Source: an uncultured Candidatus Saccharibacteria bacterium
GTDB taxonomy: Bacteria; Patescibacteriota; Minisyncoccia; Phycocordibacterales; Phycocordibacteraceae
Assembly (NCBI GenBank): GCA_964473795.1
Contig: CAYYQT010000003.1
Span: 1-57,080, forward strand
Reading direction: 5' to 3'
DNA length: 57,080 bases
The notes under the pieces were generated by a model, which was not told the DNA's origin, ran no database searches, and saw nothing but the letters and a program-made list of their open reading frames with translations. The translations under genes were made by a program, and so were the position numbers. Each line of letters opens with the position of its first letter. Position 1 is the stretch's first letter. This document shows positions 27,985 through 36,515 of the stretch, piece after piece.

Positions 27985-28542
27985 TTAGTTTTTGGTATCA
28001 ATATGAATCAATGCCATACACAAGGCTTGTTTTGTATATTCTTTTCGATCAATACGTCCTTTTGTGATAATACCTATCGCCCCTTGCGCAGAGCCCAGAT
28101 TAGTATCGGAGGACAAACCAGCCTTGTTTGATGCTTCTGTCATATTCATTCCTTCCTCCGTCATAAATCGTACAACTTCAGGATTTGGGAACTCCCACCC
28201 TGAAGACATTCCAAGATGAGAGTTTACACCGTCATAAATTGCAACAATACAAACATTCATATAACCACTTTTTGTGTACGGAACTTCAATTAATCCAGAC
28301 TCGATTCCAATCGAATAATTACAATTATCAAATGAGGTTTTTGCACGATTAACAGCACCGCGCACTGTTTCATCAAGAGAGAGAGGTTGGTCACTAACGC
28401 TTGAAGGAACCACTATTGAGATTACTTTTGATTCTGCAAGATGCGGATAGTCGCTTAGGATTTCTTCAACAGCAGTAACCTTTGCTTTATTTTTAGTTCC
28501 AACAACAATCTTCATATTGAGCTTTGTATCTTTAAGTTCCAT
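27985..28542 (-). CDS. yjjX: Inosine/xanthosine triphosphatase-like NTPase (YjjX/DUF84 family) embedded in the atp operon
   Basis: 185 aa (or 176 aa from the ATG at 28515). MKIVVGTKNKAKVTAV.., ..VSDQPLSLDETVRGAVNRA.. and ..GAIGIITKGRIDRKEYTKQALCMAL.. align with the E. coli YjjX pattern (..[25 protein letters not shown]..). Confidence 0.7.
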   Translation of the reverse strand: MELKDTKLNMKIVVGTKNKAKVTAVEEILSDYPHLAESKVISIVVPSSVSDQPLSLDETVRGAVNRAKTSFDNCNYSIGIESGLIEVPYTKSGYMNVCIVAIYDGVNSHLGMSSGWEFPNPEVVRFMTEEGMNMTEASNKAGLSSDTNLGSAQGAIGIITKGRIDRKEYTKQALCMALIHIDTKN

Positions 28543-28548
28543 TGTAGT

Positions 28549-30096
28549 TTATGCAGTACGACTAACGAATGTATCTAATACCTTACGAAGTGATTTTTCA
28601 GTATCATCATCAATCTTTTTTGTCTTTTTAATTGAACTCAGAACGTCTGCACCTTCACGCAAAACAAAATCTTGTAGTTTTTCTTCGGTTGCAGAAACGT
28701 CATTTGCATCAAACTTATCAAAGTAATTATTTACTGCCGCAAATATAACAACCGCTTCCATTTCAAATGGTAATGGCATTCCCCTTTTCTGCTTTAGTAC
28801 CTCTGTCATTCTACGTCCAGAATCAATCTGTTTTTTTGTATCTTCATCAAGATCAGAAGCAAATTGCATAAACGCTTCGAGCTCTCTAAACTGTGCAAGT
28901 TCGAGTTTGATTTTGCTTGATACTTTTTTCATTGCCTTAGTTTGTGCAGATGAACCAACACGCGACACAGAAAGTCCAACATCTATAGCAGGTCTCATTC
29001 CTTTGTTGAACAAGTTTGTTTGCAAGAAAATCTGACCGTCTGTAATCGAGATTACGTTTGTTGGTATATATGCAGACACATCTCCTTCTTGTGTTTCTAT
29101 AATAGGAAGTGCAGTTAATGAACCACCACCTTTTTCTTCTGAAAGTTTTGCCGAACGCTCAAGTAAGCGTGAATGTAGATAAAAAATATCACCAGGATAC
29201 GCTTCTCGTCCTGGTGGACGTCGTAGAAGCAACGACATCTGACGGTAAGCAACAGCCTGTTTTGACAAATCATCGTAAACAACAAGAGCATCTCTTCCAT
29301 CTTCCATAAAGTACTCACCAATTGTTGCTCCAGCAAATGGGGCTAGGAATTGAAGAGCAGCAGGGCTTGATGCTGGAACAGTTACGATAATCGTATATTC
29401 CATAGCCCCTTTTTCCTCAAGTTCAGCTACTAATTTTGCTGTCTTTGACTCTTTCTGACCGATTGCAACATAAATACAAATAGGTCGAGAATCTTTCGGT
29501 TCACTTTTTTGATTTAGGATTGTGTCTATCGCAATAGATGTTTTACCAGTTCCTCTATCGCCGATAATAAGCTCCCTTTGTCCACGTCCAATTGGGACCA
29601 TTGAGTCAATTGATTTTATACCAGTATGTATAGGAACATTAACAGGAGACCTATCCATAACTCCATAGGATTCTTGTTCAATAGTCCGAGATACTGTATC
29701 TGTTATTGGACCCTTACCGTCAACAGGCTCTCCAAAAGCATTTACAACCCTACCAATCATTGCCTCTCCAACATTTATAGACAAAAGTTTACCAGTACGG
29801 CGCACCAGCATACCTTCGTATATTTTTGACGCTTCACCAAGAACAACAACACGCACACCATCTTCTTCAAGGTTTAGTACAAGACCATATAGAGGGCTTG
29901 TGTCTTTTAAAGCCTCTTCAAGGGTCCTGTCAAACGTTGAGTCAAACAACACCATTTCACCCAAGATAGCATTCCCAAGATTGTCTATTTCAGCTATTCC
30001 GTCTCCGACGGCACGCACAATACCAGTCTCCTCAGACTTTTCTTCATTCGCAAACGAAGTAATTTCTTCTTCTATTTTTTTGATTATACTATCCAT
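28549..30096 (-). CDS. atpA: F1 ATP synthase alpha subunit
   Basis: 515 aa. Walker A GDRGTGKTSIAIDTI and a typical alpha C-terminal domain. Confidence 0.97.
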   Translation of the reverse strand: MDSIIKKIEEEITSFANEEKSEETGIVRAVGDGIAEIDNLGNAILGEMVLFDSTFDRTLEEALKDTSPLYGLVLNLEEDGVRVVVLGEASKIYEGMLVRRTGKLLSINVGEAMIGRVVNAFGEPVDGKGPITDTVSRTIEQESYGVMDRSPVNVPIHTGIKSIDSMVPIGRGQRELIIGDRGTGKTSIAIDTILNQKSEPKDSRPICIYVAIGQKESKTAKLVAELEEKGAMEYTIIVTVPASSPAALQFLAPFAGATIGEYFMEDGRDALVVYDDLSKQAVAYRQMSLLLRRPPGREAYPGDIFYLHSRLLERSAKLSEEKGGGSLTALPIIETQEGDVSAYIPTNVISITDGQIFLQTNLFNKGMRPAIDVGLSVSRVGSSAQTKAMKKVSSKIKLELAQFRELEAFMQFASDLDEDTKKQIDSGRRMTEVLKQKRGMPLPFEMEAVVIFAAVNNYFDKFDANDVSATEEKLQDFVLREGADVLSSIKKTKKIDDDTEKSLRKVLDTFVSRTA

Positions 30097-30098
30097 GA

Positions 30099-30485
30099 TT
30101 AATTGGTGATGTTCCTATAAAGCTTAATAAGCGATTGTTTTGTAGAATTATCCACAAGGGTTCCAGAAACACAAGATCTCCAGCCGCGAATCAACGATGG
30201 GTTCACTGTTGCTATAACCTTTGGTAAATTGCGTTTTTTTGCAGTAGTAACGACAAACTCTCTATCTTCTTCACGTGCAATTTCTATAAAAGGAGCTTTT
30301 TTCTTTTCTAACGCTTCAATTACTTTGAGTTCACGTACAATTCCAGAAATCAATTTCAGTCTTCCAGTACTTCGTAGATTTTCAATAAGTTTTTTAACAA
30401 CTATAGAATTATCATTGTTCGTTTTTTCTAAAACACGAACAATTGCCTGTGAATATTGACGTGCAAGTTTTTTTGTTACTGACAT
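30099..30485 (-). CDS. atpH: ATP synthase delta (OSCP) subunit, short form
   Basis: 128 aa. Assigned from its position between atpF and atpA, the N-terminal ..LARQYSQAI.. and the C-terminal ..GTLVDNSTKQSLIKL.. pattern. Confidence 0.65.
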   Translation of the reverse strand: MSVTKKLARQYSQAIVRVLEKTNNDNSIVVKKLIENLRSTGRLKLISGIVRELKVIEALEKKKAPFIEIAREEDREFVVTTAKKRNLPKVIATVNPSLIRGWRSCVSGTLVDNSTKQSLIKLYRNITN

Positions 30486-30490
30486 ATTTG

Positions 30491-30934
30491 CTAACTTTTT
30501 TGTAAAGTTTTTTCTGCAGCCAAAATTGCAAGACGTGCAATTTCTTGTTCACTATCACGAAGCATTTTTGCCGAATCTTCTTTTGCTCTTGCTTCAGCAG
30601 CAGCAGCTACAGATTCAGCTCTTTTTTCTGCATCTCTAATCAAAATAGCGCGCTCAGTGCCAGCACTTTCTCGCGCTTTTGACATTATTTCTTCTGCTTG
30701 GTTTTCTGCCTCTGATATGTGCTTAGCAGATATATCATCAGCAGCATCTAGTTTTTGAGATGCTCGTTCTGCGTCATCAACACCTTTTGTTATTACTTTT
30801 TGACGTGCTTCTAATGACCTCATTAGAGGTTTGTAAAAGAAATAAGTAAGTGCGATAAGTAACACACCAAAGTTAACTGTCTGAGCAAGCAGAAGCTTTA
30901 CATTAATTCCAAAAGCTGCGAAAAATTGTTCCAT
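30491..30934 (-). CDS. atpF: Fo ATP synthase subunit b
   Basis: 147 aa. One N-terminal TM helix (..LLAQTVNFGVLLIALTYFFYKPL..) followed by a long charged helix. Confidence 0.85.
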   Translation of the reverse strand: MEQFFAAFGINVKLLLAQTVNFGVLLIALTYFFYKPLMRSLEARQKVITKGVDDAERASQKLDAADDISAKHISEAENQAEEIMSKARESAGTERAILIRDAEKRAESVAAAAEARAKEDSAKMLRDSEQEIARLAILAAEKTLQKS

Positions 30935-30952
30935 GAGTAATGTTTAAACTTC

Positions 30953-31180
30953 TTAAACAAATTTAATAATGAACGCAACAACTAGAGCAAGAATACCAAG
31001 AGCTTCTGCAAAAACTATTGCTAGAATCATGTTTGATACTATTTTTCCTGATGCATCTGGATTACGCCCAATAGCGTGCATTGCACTACCTCCTATAATT
31101 CCAATTCCAATTCCAGGACCAATAACCCCAAGTCCTGCAGCAATTGCCATTCCGATCATACGTGCTGTTTCAACATCCAT
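30953..31180 (-). CDS. atpE: Fo ATP synthase subunit c
   Basis: 75 aa hairpin protein. It has a GxGxGxG helix, an RNP loop (GRNPDA) and the conserved carboxylate in ..VFAEALGI... Confidence 0.92.
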   Translation of the reverse strand: MDVETARMIGMAIAAGLGVIGPGIGIGIIGGSAMHAIGRNPDASGKIVSNMILAIVFAEALGILALVVAFIIKFV

Positions 31181-31255
31181 AAAGTTTGTATTAGTTATAT
31201 ATAATAATTACCGCTTCAGTATATCCCGAAGCCACATAAAAACATTAATTTTCGG

Positions 31256-32002
31256 TTAATGTATCTCGTGTGGCTCCATGATTGCGAGTTTGATAAAGAA
31301 CAATGTAAGCATTGCAAACACCAACGCCTGTATAACACCTATAAACATCTCAAACCCCATTAACGGTGCAGGTAAAAGATACGGGAGAAAATATCCAGCT
31401 ACAAGAACTAAAACCTCACCTGCAAATATATTACCAAATAAACGAAATGAAAATGATATCAAACGTCCAAGATTACTCACCATTTCTATTATCCCGACAA
31501 CAAAACCAATCGGTGAACTAAGATTAACGAACTTTTTACCATACTTCAACACTCCAAGAGTTAATATACCTGTAATTTCTATAGTTAGAAACGAAATTAT
31601 AGCCAACGCTAATGTTGTATTTAGATCAGTTGTTGGAGTTCTAAAAATTGGAACGAATACATTGTTCTTTATTAAACCAATAGAACCAACACCTGGAAAA
31701 AACTCCATTTCATTTGCAACAAGCACAAAAAGAAAAATTGTTGACAATAGTGGAAAAAACTTACGTGCAAGTTCCTCGCTTTCAAAGAGCTCAGACATAT
31801 AATTTAAAGCTCCTTCAAAAACCCATTCTATTCCAGCGTGAAGCTTGCTCGGTCGTAACGAGAAACGCTTACCTATAAAATAAGCGCCAGCAATCAACAA
31901 AAACATCAAAAGCCAGTTCATAACAAGACTATTTGTAATAGGGATACCAAGAAATGAACCAAGCTCCTCAGCCTTGAGGATAACGCTAATACCAGAATCC
32001 AT
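31256..32002 (-). CDS. atpB: Fo ATP synthase subunit a
   Basis: 248 aa polytopic protein with the essential Arg motif ..SFRLFGNIFAGE... Confidence 0.92.
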   Translation of the reverse strand: MDSGISVILKAEELGSFLGIPITNSLVMNWLLMFLLIAGAYFIGKRFSLRPSKLHAGIEWVFEGALNYMSELFESEELARKFFPLLSTIFLFVLVANEMEFFPGVGSIGLIKNNVFVPIFRTPTTDLNTTLALAIISFLTIEITGILTLGVLKYGKKFVNLSSPIGFVVGIIEMVSNLGRLISFSFRLFGNIFAGEVLVLVAGYFLPYLLPAPLMGFEMFIGVIQALVFAMLTLFFIKLAIMEPHEIH

Positions 32003-32151
32003 AACTTATACAAACGTTATTGCGACACACAGGTCACACAACCACAAAAAGAGAACATATTAAATCCTTTGACGTCTCTCATATACATATTTTTACTCTA
32101 CCATATCAACTATTTGTATGCAGCATTTTATATACAAATATAATTTATGGA

Positions 32152-32421
32152 TTATTTTGTTATTTGGACAATTGAAGTTATTCCGAATGTAGTCAAAGCT
32201 ATATTCAATATTCCGTATGCACCAAAAATTATAGCAAGCCCAACCAAACCCCACAAAATAGCTCTTTGTCCTTCTACTCGTTTTGTATCATCTCCTGCAT
32301 TTTTGATAAAAATAAAAACACCCCACAAAAACACAACAAAAGCTCCAGCTGACATAAGCACTATTATAGGATTAATTATCTGTAAGATAATTCCGTTCAA
32401 CAATTTGTCAAAGCCGTTCAT
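32152..32421 (-). CDS. Small two-TM VirB2/TrbC-like 'T4SS pilin'-type protein (paralog A)
   Basis: 89 aa. The core ..AGAFVVFLWGVFIFIKNAGDDTKRVEGQRAILWGLVGLAIIFGAYGILNI.. is shared with the neighbour 32526..32897. Family assignment is from memory of Patescibacteria mini-pilins. Confidence 0.5.
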   Translation of the reverse strand: MNGFDKLLNGIILQIINPIIVLMSAGAFVVFLWGVFIFIKNAGDDTKRVEGQRAILWGLVGLAIIFGAYGILNIALTTFGITSIVQITK

Positions 32422-32439
32422 ATTTAATTTATATTATAA

Positions 32440-32476
32440 CAGAACAAACCGAACAAATATTGTTCGGTTTGTTCTG
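32440..32476 (-). terminator. Terminator hairpin between the two pilin-like genes
   Basis: cagaacaaaccgaacaa / ttgttcggtttgttctg form a perfect 17-bp stem with a 3-nt loop, followed by a T/A-rich run on the minus strand. Confidence 0.7.
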
Positions 32477-32525
32477 GACTAAAGTAGTATTTTGCTCAGA
32501 TTACTTTGTGTTAAAAAACACAATA

Positions 32526-32897
32526 CTATACACCGACATTCACACCAGAGCTTGGTAGTTGAGTACCTGAGTTATTAAGACCAACAGAACCCGTAAGGAT
32601 GTTAACAAGACCCCAAACAGACACCATAACAAAGAAACCTATAAGACCATAAAGCATAAGTTTTTTACCCTTTCCTTTTTGTGCTTCATCGTTTGCGCCA
32701 AGAATGAATACAGTAAAGGCACCCCAAATAAAGACGATAAAAGCTAATGAGAACAATACAGGAACAAACACTCCATTAATTGTGCTTATTATAAATTGAC
32801 CTACATCAGATATGTTATTAACGTATGGCGCAGCAAGTGCCAAAAGAGGTGTTGCGAAAGTTGCTAATATAGCTATTGTTGTAATTCTTGATTTCAT
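32526..32897 (-). CDS. Small VirB2/TrbC-like 'T4SS pilin'-type protein with signal peptide (paralog B)
   Basis: 123 aa. Signal peptide MKSRITTIAILATFATPLLALA, then the core ..SLAFIVFIWGAFTVFILGANDEAQKGKGKKLMLYGLIGFFVMVSVWGLVNI.., paralogous to 32152..32421. It ends in a Gly/Ser/Asn tail. Confidence 0.5.
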   Translation of the reverse strand: MKSRITTIAILATFATPLLALAAPYVNNISDVGQFIISTINGVFVPVLFSLAFIVFIWGAFTVFILGANDEAQKGKGKKLMLYGLIGFFVMVSVWGLVNILTGSVGLNNSGTQLPSSGVNVGV

Positions 32898-33056
32898 AAT
32901 TTTATACAGGTTTATAATGCTCCGAGCAATTAATTAGAAGCTGTATACATAGTACGTTTTCTAGAAAATAGGTCAACATAGTTTATTTGTTTTGTGGATA
33001 AGTTATATATAACAAAAGGTATACATTTTCTGGCACTAAATGGTATAGTCGTCAAC

Positions 33057-33587
33057 ATGAAGGAGGTAGTACAGAGTGGAGCTGATGTCTTACGAGAGGT
33101 ATCAAAAGATGTGCCAGACAAAATGTTTGGTACGTCTGAAATGTACTCGATGATAAAAGATATGGAGGAATCGTTAGATAAAAAACTTGACGGCGTTGCT
33201 CTTGCAGCTCCGCAAATAAGTATTCCATGGAGGATTTTCATAGTTAGATATGACAGAGTTAACAACAAAGAGGGTGAAGAAACTGCCCAACCAAACATAG
33301 GTATTTATATAAATCCTAAAATAATTAAAACATCAAGACGCCGAGAAGACATGGACGAAGGATGTCTTTCTGTTCGTGGTATTTATGGCAACACACTCAG
33401 ACACAAGCGCACAACCGTTAAGGCACAAGATATTGATGGAAAGAGTTTTACACGCGGAGGCGGAGGAATACTCGCACAGATATTTCAACATGAAATTGAC
33501 CATTTAAATGGAATACTATTTATTGATCATGCTACACAACTCTACGAAACAGAAGATAATATCTCAGAAAAACAAAATGATAGATAA
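33057..33587 (+). CDS. def: Peptide deformylase
   Basis: ORF 32994..33587, with the preferred ATG at 33057 (MKEVVQSG..). All three metal-site motifs are present: GVALAAPQI, EGCLS and QHEIDHLNG. Confidence 0.92.
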   Translation: MKEVVQSGADVLREVSKDVPDKMFGTSEMYSMIKDMEESLDKKLDGVALAAPQISIPWRIFIVRYDRVNNKEGEETAQPNIGIYINPKIIKTSRRREDMDEGCLSVRGIYGNTLRHKRTTVKAQDIDGKSFTRGGGGILAQIFQHEIDHLNGILFIDHATQLYETEDNISEKQNDR

Positions 33588-34452
33588 ACAACCCAGTAAC
33601 TTTATTTTTTTTGGCACCCCATCAGTTGCAAGTGAAACGCTTGAACTCTTAGAAAGCAAGGGTATTACACCATCACTTATAGTTACCAATCCAGACGCAC
33701 GAAAAGGAAGAGGGTTAGAATATCAACAATCTGATGTATCACTATGGTCAAAAAACAAATCAATACCAGTCATAAAACCACACGCATTAACTCCAGATGT
33801 AATTAAAAACATAGCATCATATGGTTGTAATTTTTCAATTGTAGTTGCCTATGGAAAAATATTCCCAGAAGAATTAATTTCTTGCTTTAAAAACGGAGTA
33901 ATAAACGTACACTATTCACTGCTACCAAAATATAGAGGAGCATCTCCAGTTGAGACGTCAATAAAGAATGGCGACATGACTACAGGAGTATCCATACAAC
34001 AAATGGTCAAAAAACTAGACGCTGGAGACGTGTTGGTCTCTCGCGAAATTCAAATACTTCAATCAGACACTGTGCGTGAATTAAAAACACGTTTAATTCA
34101 ACTCGGCGCAGAATTACTATACGAGGTACTCCCGTGTGTAACAACAAACACATGCATTAAGACAAAACAAAACGAAGAAGAAGCTACTTTTGCCTCAAAG
34201 TTTAAAAAAGAAGATGGTAAGTTATCACTAAGCAATACTGCTACTAGAAACTGGAACACGTACCGTGCTTTTGTGGATAGTATAGGTACGTTCTTTTTTG
34301 CAAATCGTAATGGTAAAAAAACACGAGTAAAAATTACGCATGCAATTCTTAAAGATAGTAAGTTTATAATTGAACGGATAATACCAGAAGGTAAAAAAGA
34401 ACAAAACTACAAAGATTTTCAGTTTAAGGAATGGAAAGAAAGGTCTATTTAG
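33577..34452 (+). CDS. fmt: Methionyl-tRNA formyltransferase
   Basis: ORF 33508..34452. The ATG at 33577 (MIDKQPSNFIFFGTP..) overlaps def by 11 nt. Contains the ..HYSLLPKYRGASPV.. motif. Confidence 0.9.
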   Translation: MIDKQPSNFIFFGTPSVASETLELLESKGITPSLIVTNPDARKGRGLEYQQSDVSLWSKNKSIPVIKPHALTPDVIKNIASYGCNFSIVVAYGKIFPEELISCFKNGVINVHYSLLPKYRGASPVETSIKNGDMTTGVSIQQMVKKLDAGDVLVSREIQILQSDTVRELKTRLIQLGAELLYEVLPCVTTNTCIKTKQNEEEATFASKFKKEDGKLSLSNTATRNWNTYRAFVDSIGTFFFANRNGKKTRVKITHAILKDSKFIIERIIPEGKKEQNYKDFQFKEWKERSI

Positions 34453-34487
34453 CCGATACAACAATGATGCACAAGTAACAATGTTTT

Positions 34488-34850
34488 TTACTTGCGACCA
34501 AACATAAGTAGTGACTTAATTGCAGCGCCACCTTTTCGGACAGCACTCATTGTTCTAGATTTATTTTTACGAACACCACGAACAAGCTCATTTCTAATTG
34601 ACTCAAGAGCCCCGTCAATAGTTTTGTTTGTAGCAACGGCATTATACTCAGCACCGCCAACAACAAGGTGCCCAGACGCACTGAATACATTTCCTGAAGA
34701 ATGTTTATTCTCTAAGTTAACATCTATAGAAAGAAGGGGATCATTAATTTTTTTAGACAACACACGTTCAAGAGAACCAAATTTTTCATCTATTACAACA
34801 CGAACACTGTCAGTAAATTCGTCGTTTGATGTCTTTATGATTGTACGCAT
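34488..34850 (-). CDS. hpf: Ribosome hibernation promoting factor / RaiA family (short form)
   Basis: 120 aa. The beta-alpha-beta-beta-beta-alpha pattern (..FTDSVRVVIDEKFGSLERVL.., ..TIDGALESIRNELVR..) is typical of HPF/YfiA. Confidence 0.6.
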   Translation of the reverse strand: MRTIIKTSNDEFTDSVRVVIDEKFGSLERVLSKKINDPLLSIDVNLENKHSSGNVFSASGHLVVGGAEYNAVATNKTIDGALESIRNELVRGVRKNKSRTMSAVRKGGAAIKSLLMFGRK

Positions 34851-34860
34851 ATATGATTTG

Positions 34861-35085
34861 TTAACTAGTAGTAATACTTATCATTTTAGAACGAGAATGG
34901 TGTCCTGTCAGTATGCGTACTTGTGATAACAATACACCAAACCTCATGGCTATTATTTCCCTAACACGTGTATTTGCATGGTTCCCAGAAGCAGGTTCGC
35001 GAACAGATATTTGTAAAACATCATTTTTTATATTTTCTACCTTCTCTTTTCTAGCCCCAGCAATAACAACAATTTTTAAATACAT
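34861..35085 (-). CDS. DUF167 (YggU-like) protein
   Basis: 74 aa. ..ISVREPASGNHANTRVREIIAMRFGV...VRILTGHHSRSKMISI matches the YggU pattern (G.AN ... G..SR.K.v.i). Confidence 0.6.
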   Translation of the reverse strand: MYLKIVVIAGARKEKVENIKNDVLQISVREPASGNHANTRVREIIAMRFGVLLSQVRILTGHHSRSKMISITTS

Positions 35086-35089
35086 ATTT

Positions 35090-35791
35090 TTAAATACTAT
35101 CTAATCTGAGCGATACATGTTCTAAAATCATACGCATTGGAGAAGCTTTGTCATACAAATAATCACGCAACTCTTCTATATCTGACAAAATTGCACGTAA
35201 TTTTTTAATACTACTTTTGTTTTTTTCATTTTTATATTTTTCATACATAACTATTTCGATATCATACAAAAGATGTATTGCTTTATCGCGAAGCTCTCTA
35301 CGACTAGACGCGTCTTTACCAAGGGTAAATTTTTTAATTATTAATGACCTTTTGTCTTTGGGTGAACTTATAAATTTTTTTGCATCTCCACTTACGTCAA
35401 CAACATATTGTTTGTGAACGTATTCTGCGCATTTTGGAAGCGGCAAAACTCTTGAACGTACAGTAGGTAAAAGCATGGCTTCAAAAGGTACATGAATGAT
35501 AACCACAGTGTCTTTTGCTGGCTCTTCTAATAATTTCAATAAAACATTTTGCGCACCATTATAAACACGTTCAATTATAAGAACCACGGCTTTTGTGTCA
35601 CCAGCGACAGGAGTTGTCATTACTTTCGCACGTATTGAACGCGCATCTTCTATAGAAAAGAAATCATATTCATAAACCAAAATATCTGGATTATTATTAG
35701 TTTCCATGCCATATGTATGTTTAAGAAAATGCATAATACGGTCAGTAGATACAGACGCACTTCCATCTGTAATATATGCATGATGTCTCAT
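35090..35791 (-). CDS. holB: DNA polymerase III delta-prime-like clamp-loader subunit
   Basis: 233 aa. The ..AQNVLLKLLEEPAKDTVVII.. block and SRV (sensor-like ..TVRSRVLPL..) are typical of delta-prime/gamma AAA+ folds. No intact Walker A. Confidence 0.6.
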   Translation of the reverse strand: MRHHAYITDGSASVSTDRIMHFLKHTYGMETNNNPDILVYEYDFFSIEDARSIRAKVMTTPVAGDTKAVVLIIERVYNGAQNVLLKLLEEPAKDTVVIIHVPFEAMLLPTVRSRVLPLPKCAEYVHKQYVVDVSGDAKKFISSPKDKRSLIIKKFTLGKDASSRRELRDKAIHLLYDIEIVMYEKYKNEKNKSSIKKLRAILSDIEELRDYLYDKASPMRMILEHVSLRLDSI

Positions 35792-35855
35792 AACAACAGC
35801 ATACTTTAAGTCATTTCAAAAGTCATTGATATAAAATGTTATAAATATGTAATAT

Positions 35856-36452
35856 ATGGAGAAACAACATTTTTCAAGCAATCTTAAAAATACATATTTT
35901 CTAATGCGTCACGGGACGAGCATTGCAAATGAGAAAGGAATAATAATAAGCAACCCAGTAGATGGAGTTAGTATGTTTGGTTTAACAAACATTGGGGAAA
36001 AAGAAGTAATCAAATCTGCTAAATCAGCACTAGAAAATAAACTTCTAAATAAAGATACTATTATTTTTTCTTCTGATTTTTTACGCGCACGGGAGACAGC
36101 AGAAATTACATCGAAAGTGTTAGGTGTTAATTCAATAATTTTTACTAAGAAACTACGTGAGCGTTTTTTTGGAAACTTCGACAAAACAAACAATAGCAAT
36201 TACGTTACTGTATGGAACAAAGATATTCTAAATGAAAATCAGACTCACAATGGAGTAGAAAGCGTTGTTAATGTTTTGTATCGCGTAACAGAACTGATTA
36301 AATACTTAGAAAATAATTACAAAGATAAAAAGATTTTACTCGTATCACACGGTGATACCTTACAAATATTACAAAGTATGTTTACAAACACAAACCCTTC
36401 AAAACACCGCTCACTTAAAAGCATACACACAGCAGAAATCCGACCAGCCTAA
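35856..36452 (+). CDS. Histidine phosphatase family protein (phosphoglycerate-mutase-like)
   Basis: 198 aa. RHG catalytic motif (YFLMRHGTSIANE) and a distal ..LVSHGDTL.. His. Confidence 0.8.
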   Translation: MEKQHFSSNLKNTYFLMRHGTSIANEKGIIISNPVDGVSMFGLTNIGEKEVIKSAKSALENKLLNKDTIIFSSDFLRARETAEITSKVLGVNSIIFTKKLRERFFGNFDKTNNSNYVTVWNKDILNENQTHNGVESVVNVLYRVTELIKYLENNYKDKKILLVSHGDTLQILQSMFTNTNPSKHRSLKSIHTAEIRPA

Positions 36453-36459
36453 TGTCTCT

Positions 36460-36498
36460 GTACTAAAGCGACTTATTTTGTTGCAATAAGTTTAGTAC
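36460..36498. terminator. Hairpin between the convergent phosphatase gene and the giant surface-protein gene
   Basis: gtactaaa(gcga)cttatt - ttgttgc - aataagtttagtac forms a 14-bp stem with a 4-nt bulge. Confidence 0.5.
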
Positions 36499-36515
36499 CT
36501 ACAATTTGATACAGT

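Noticed and set aside
32930-33298. 122-aa minus-strand ORF
   Set aside because: It is antisense to the well-supported def gene and has no recognisable features.
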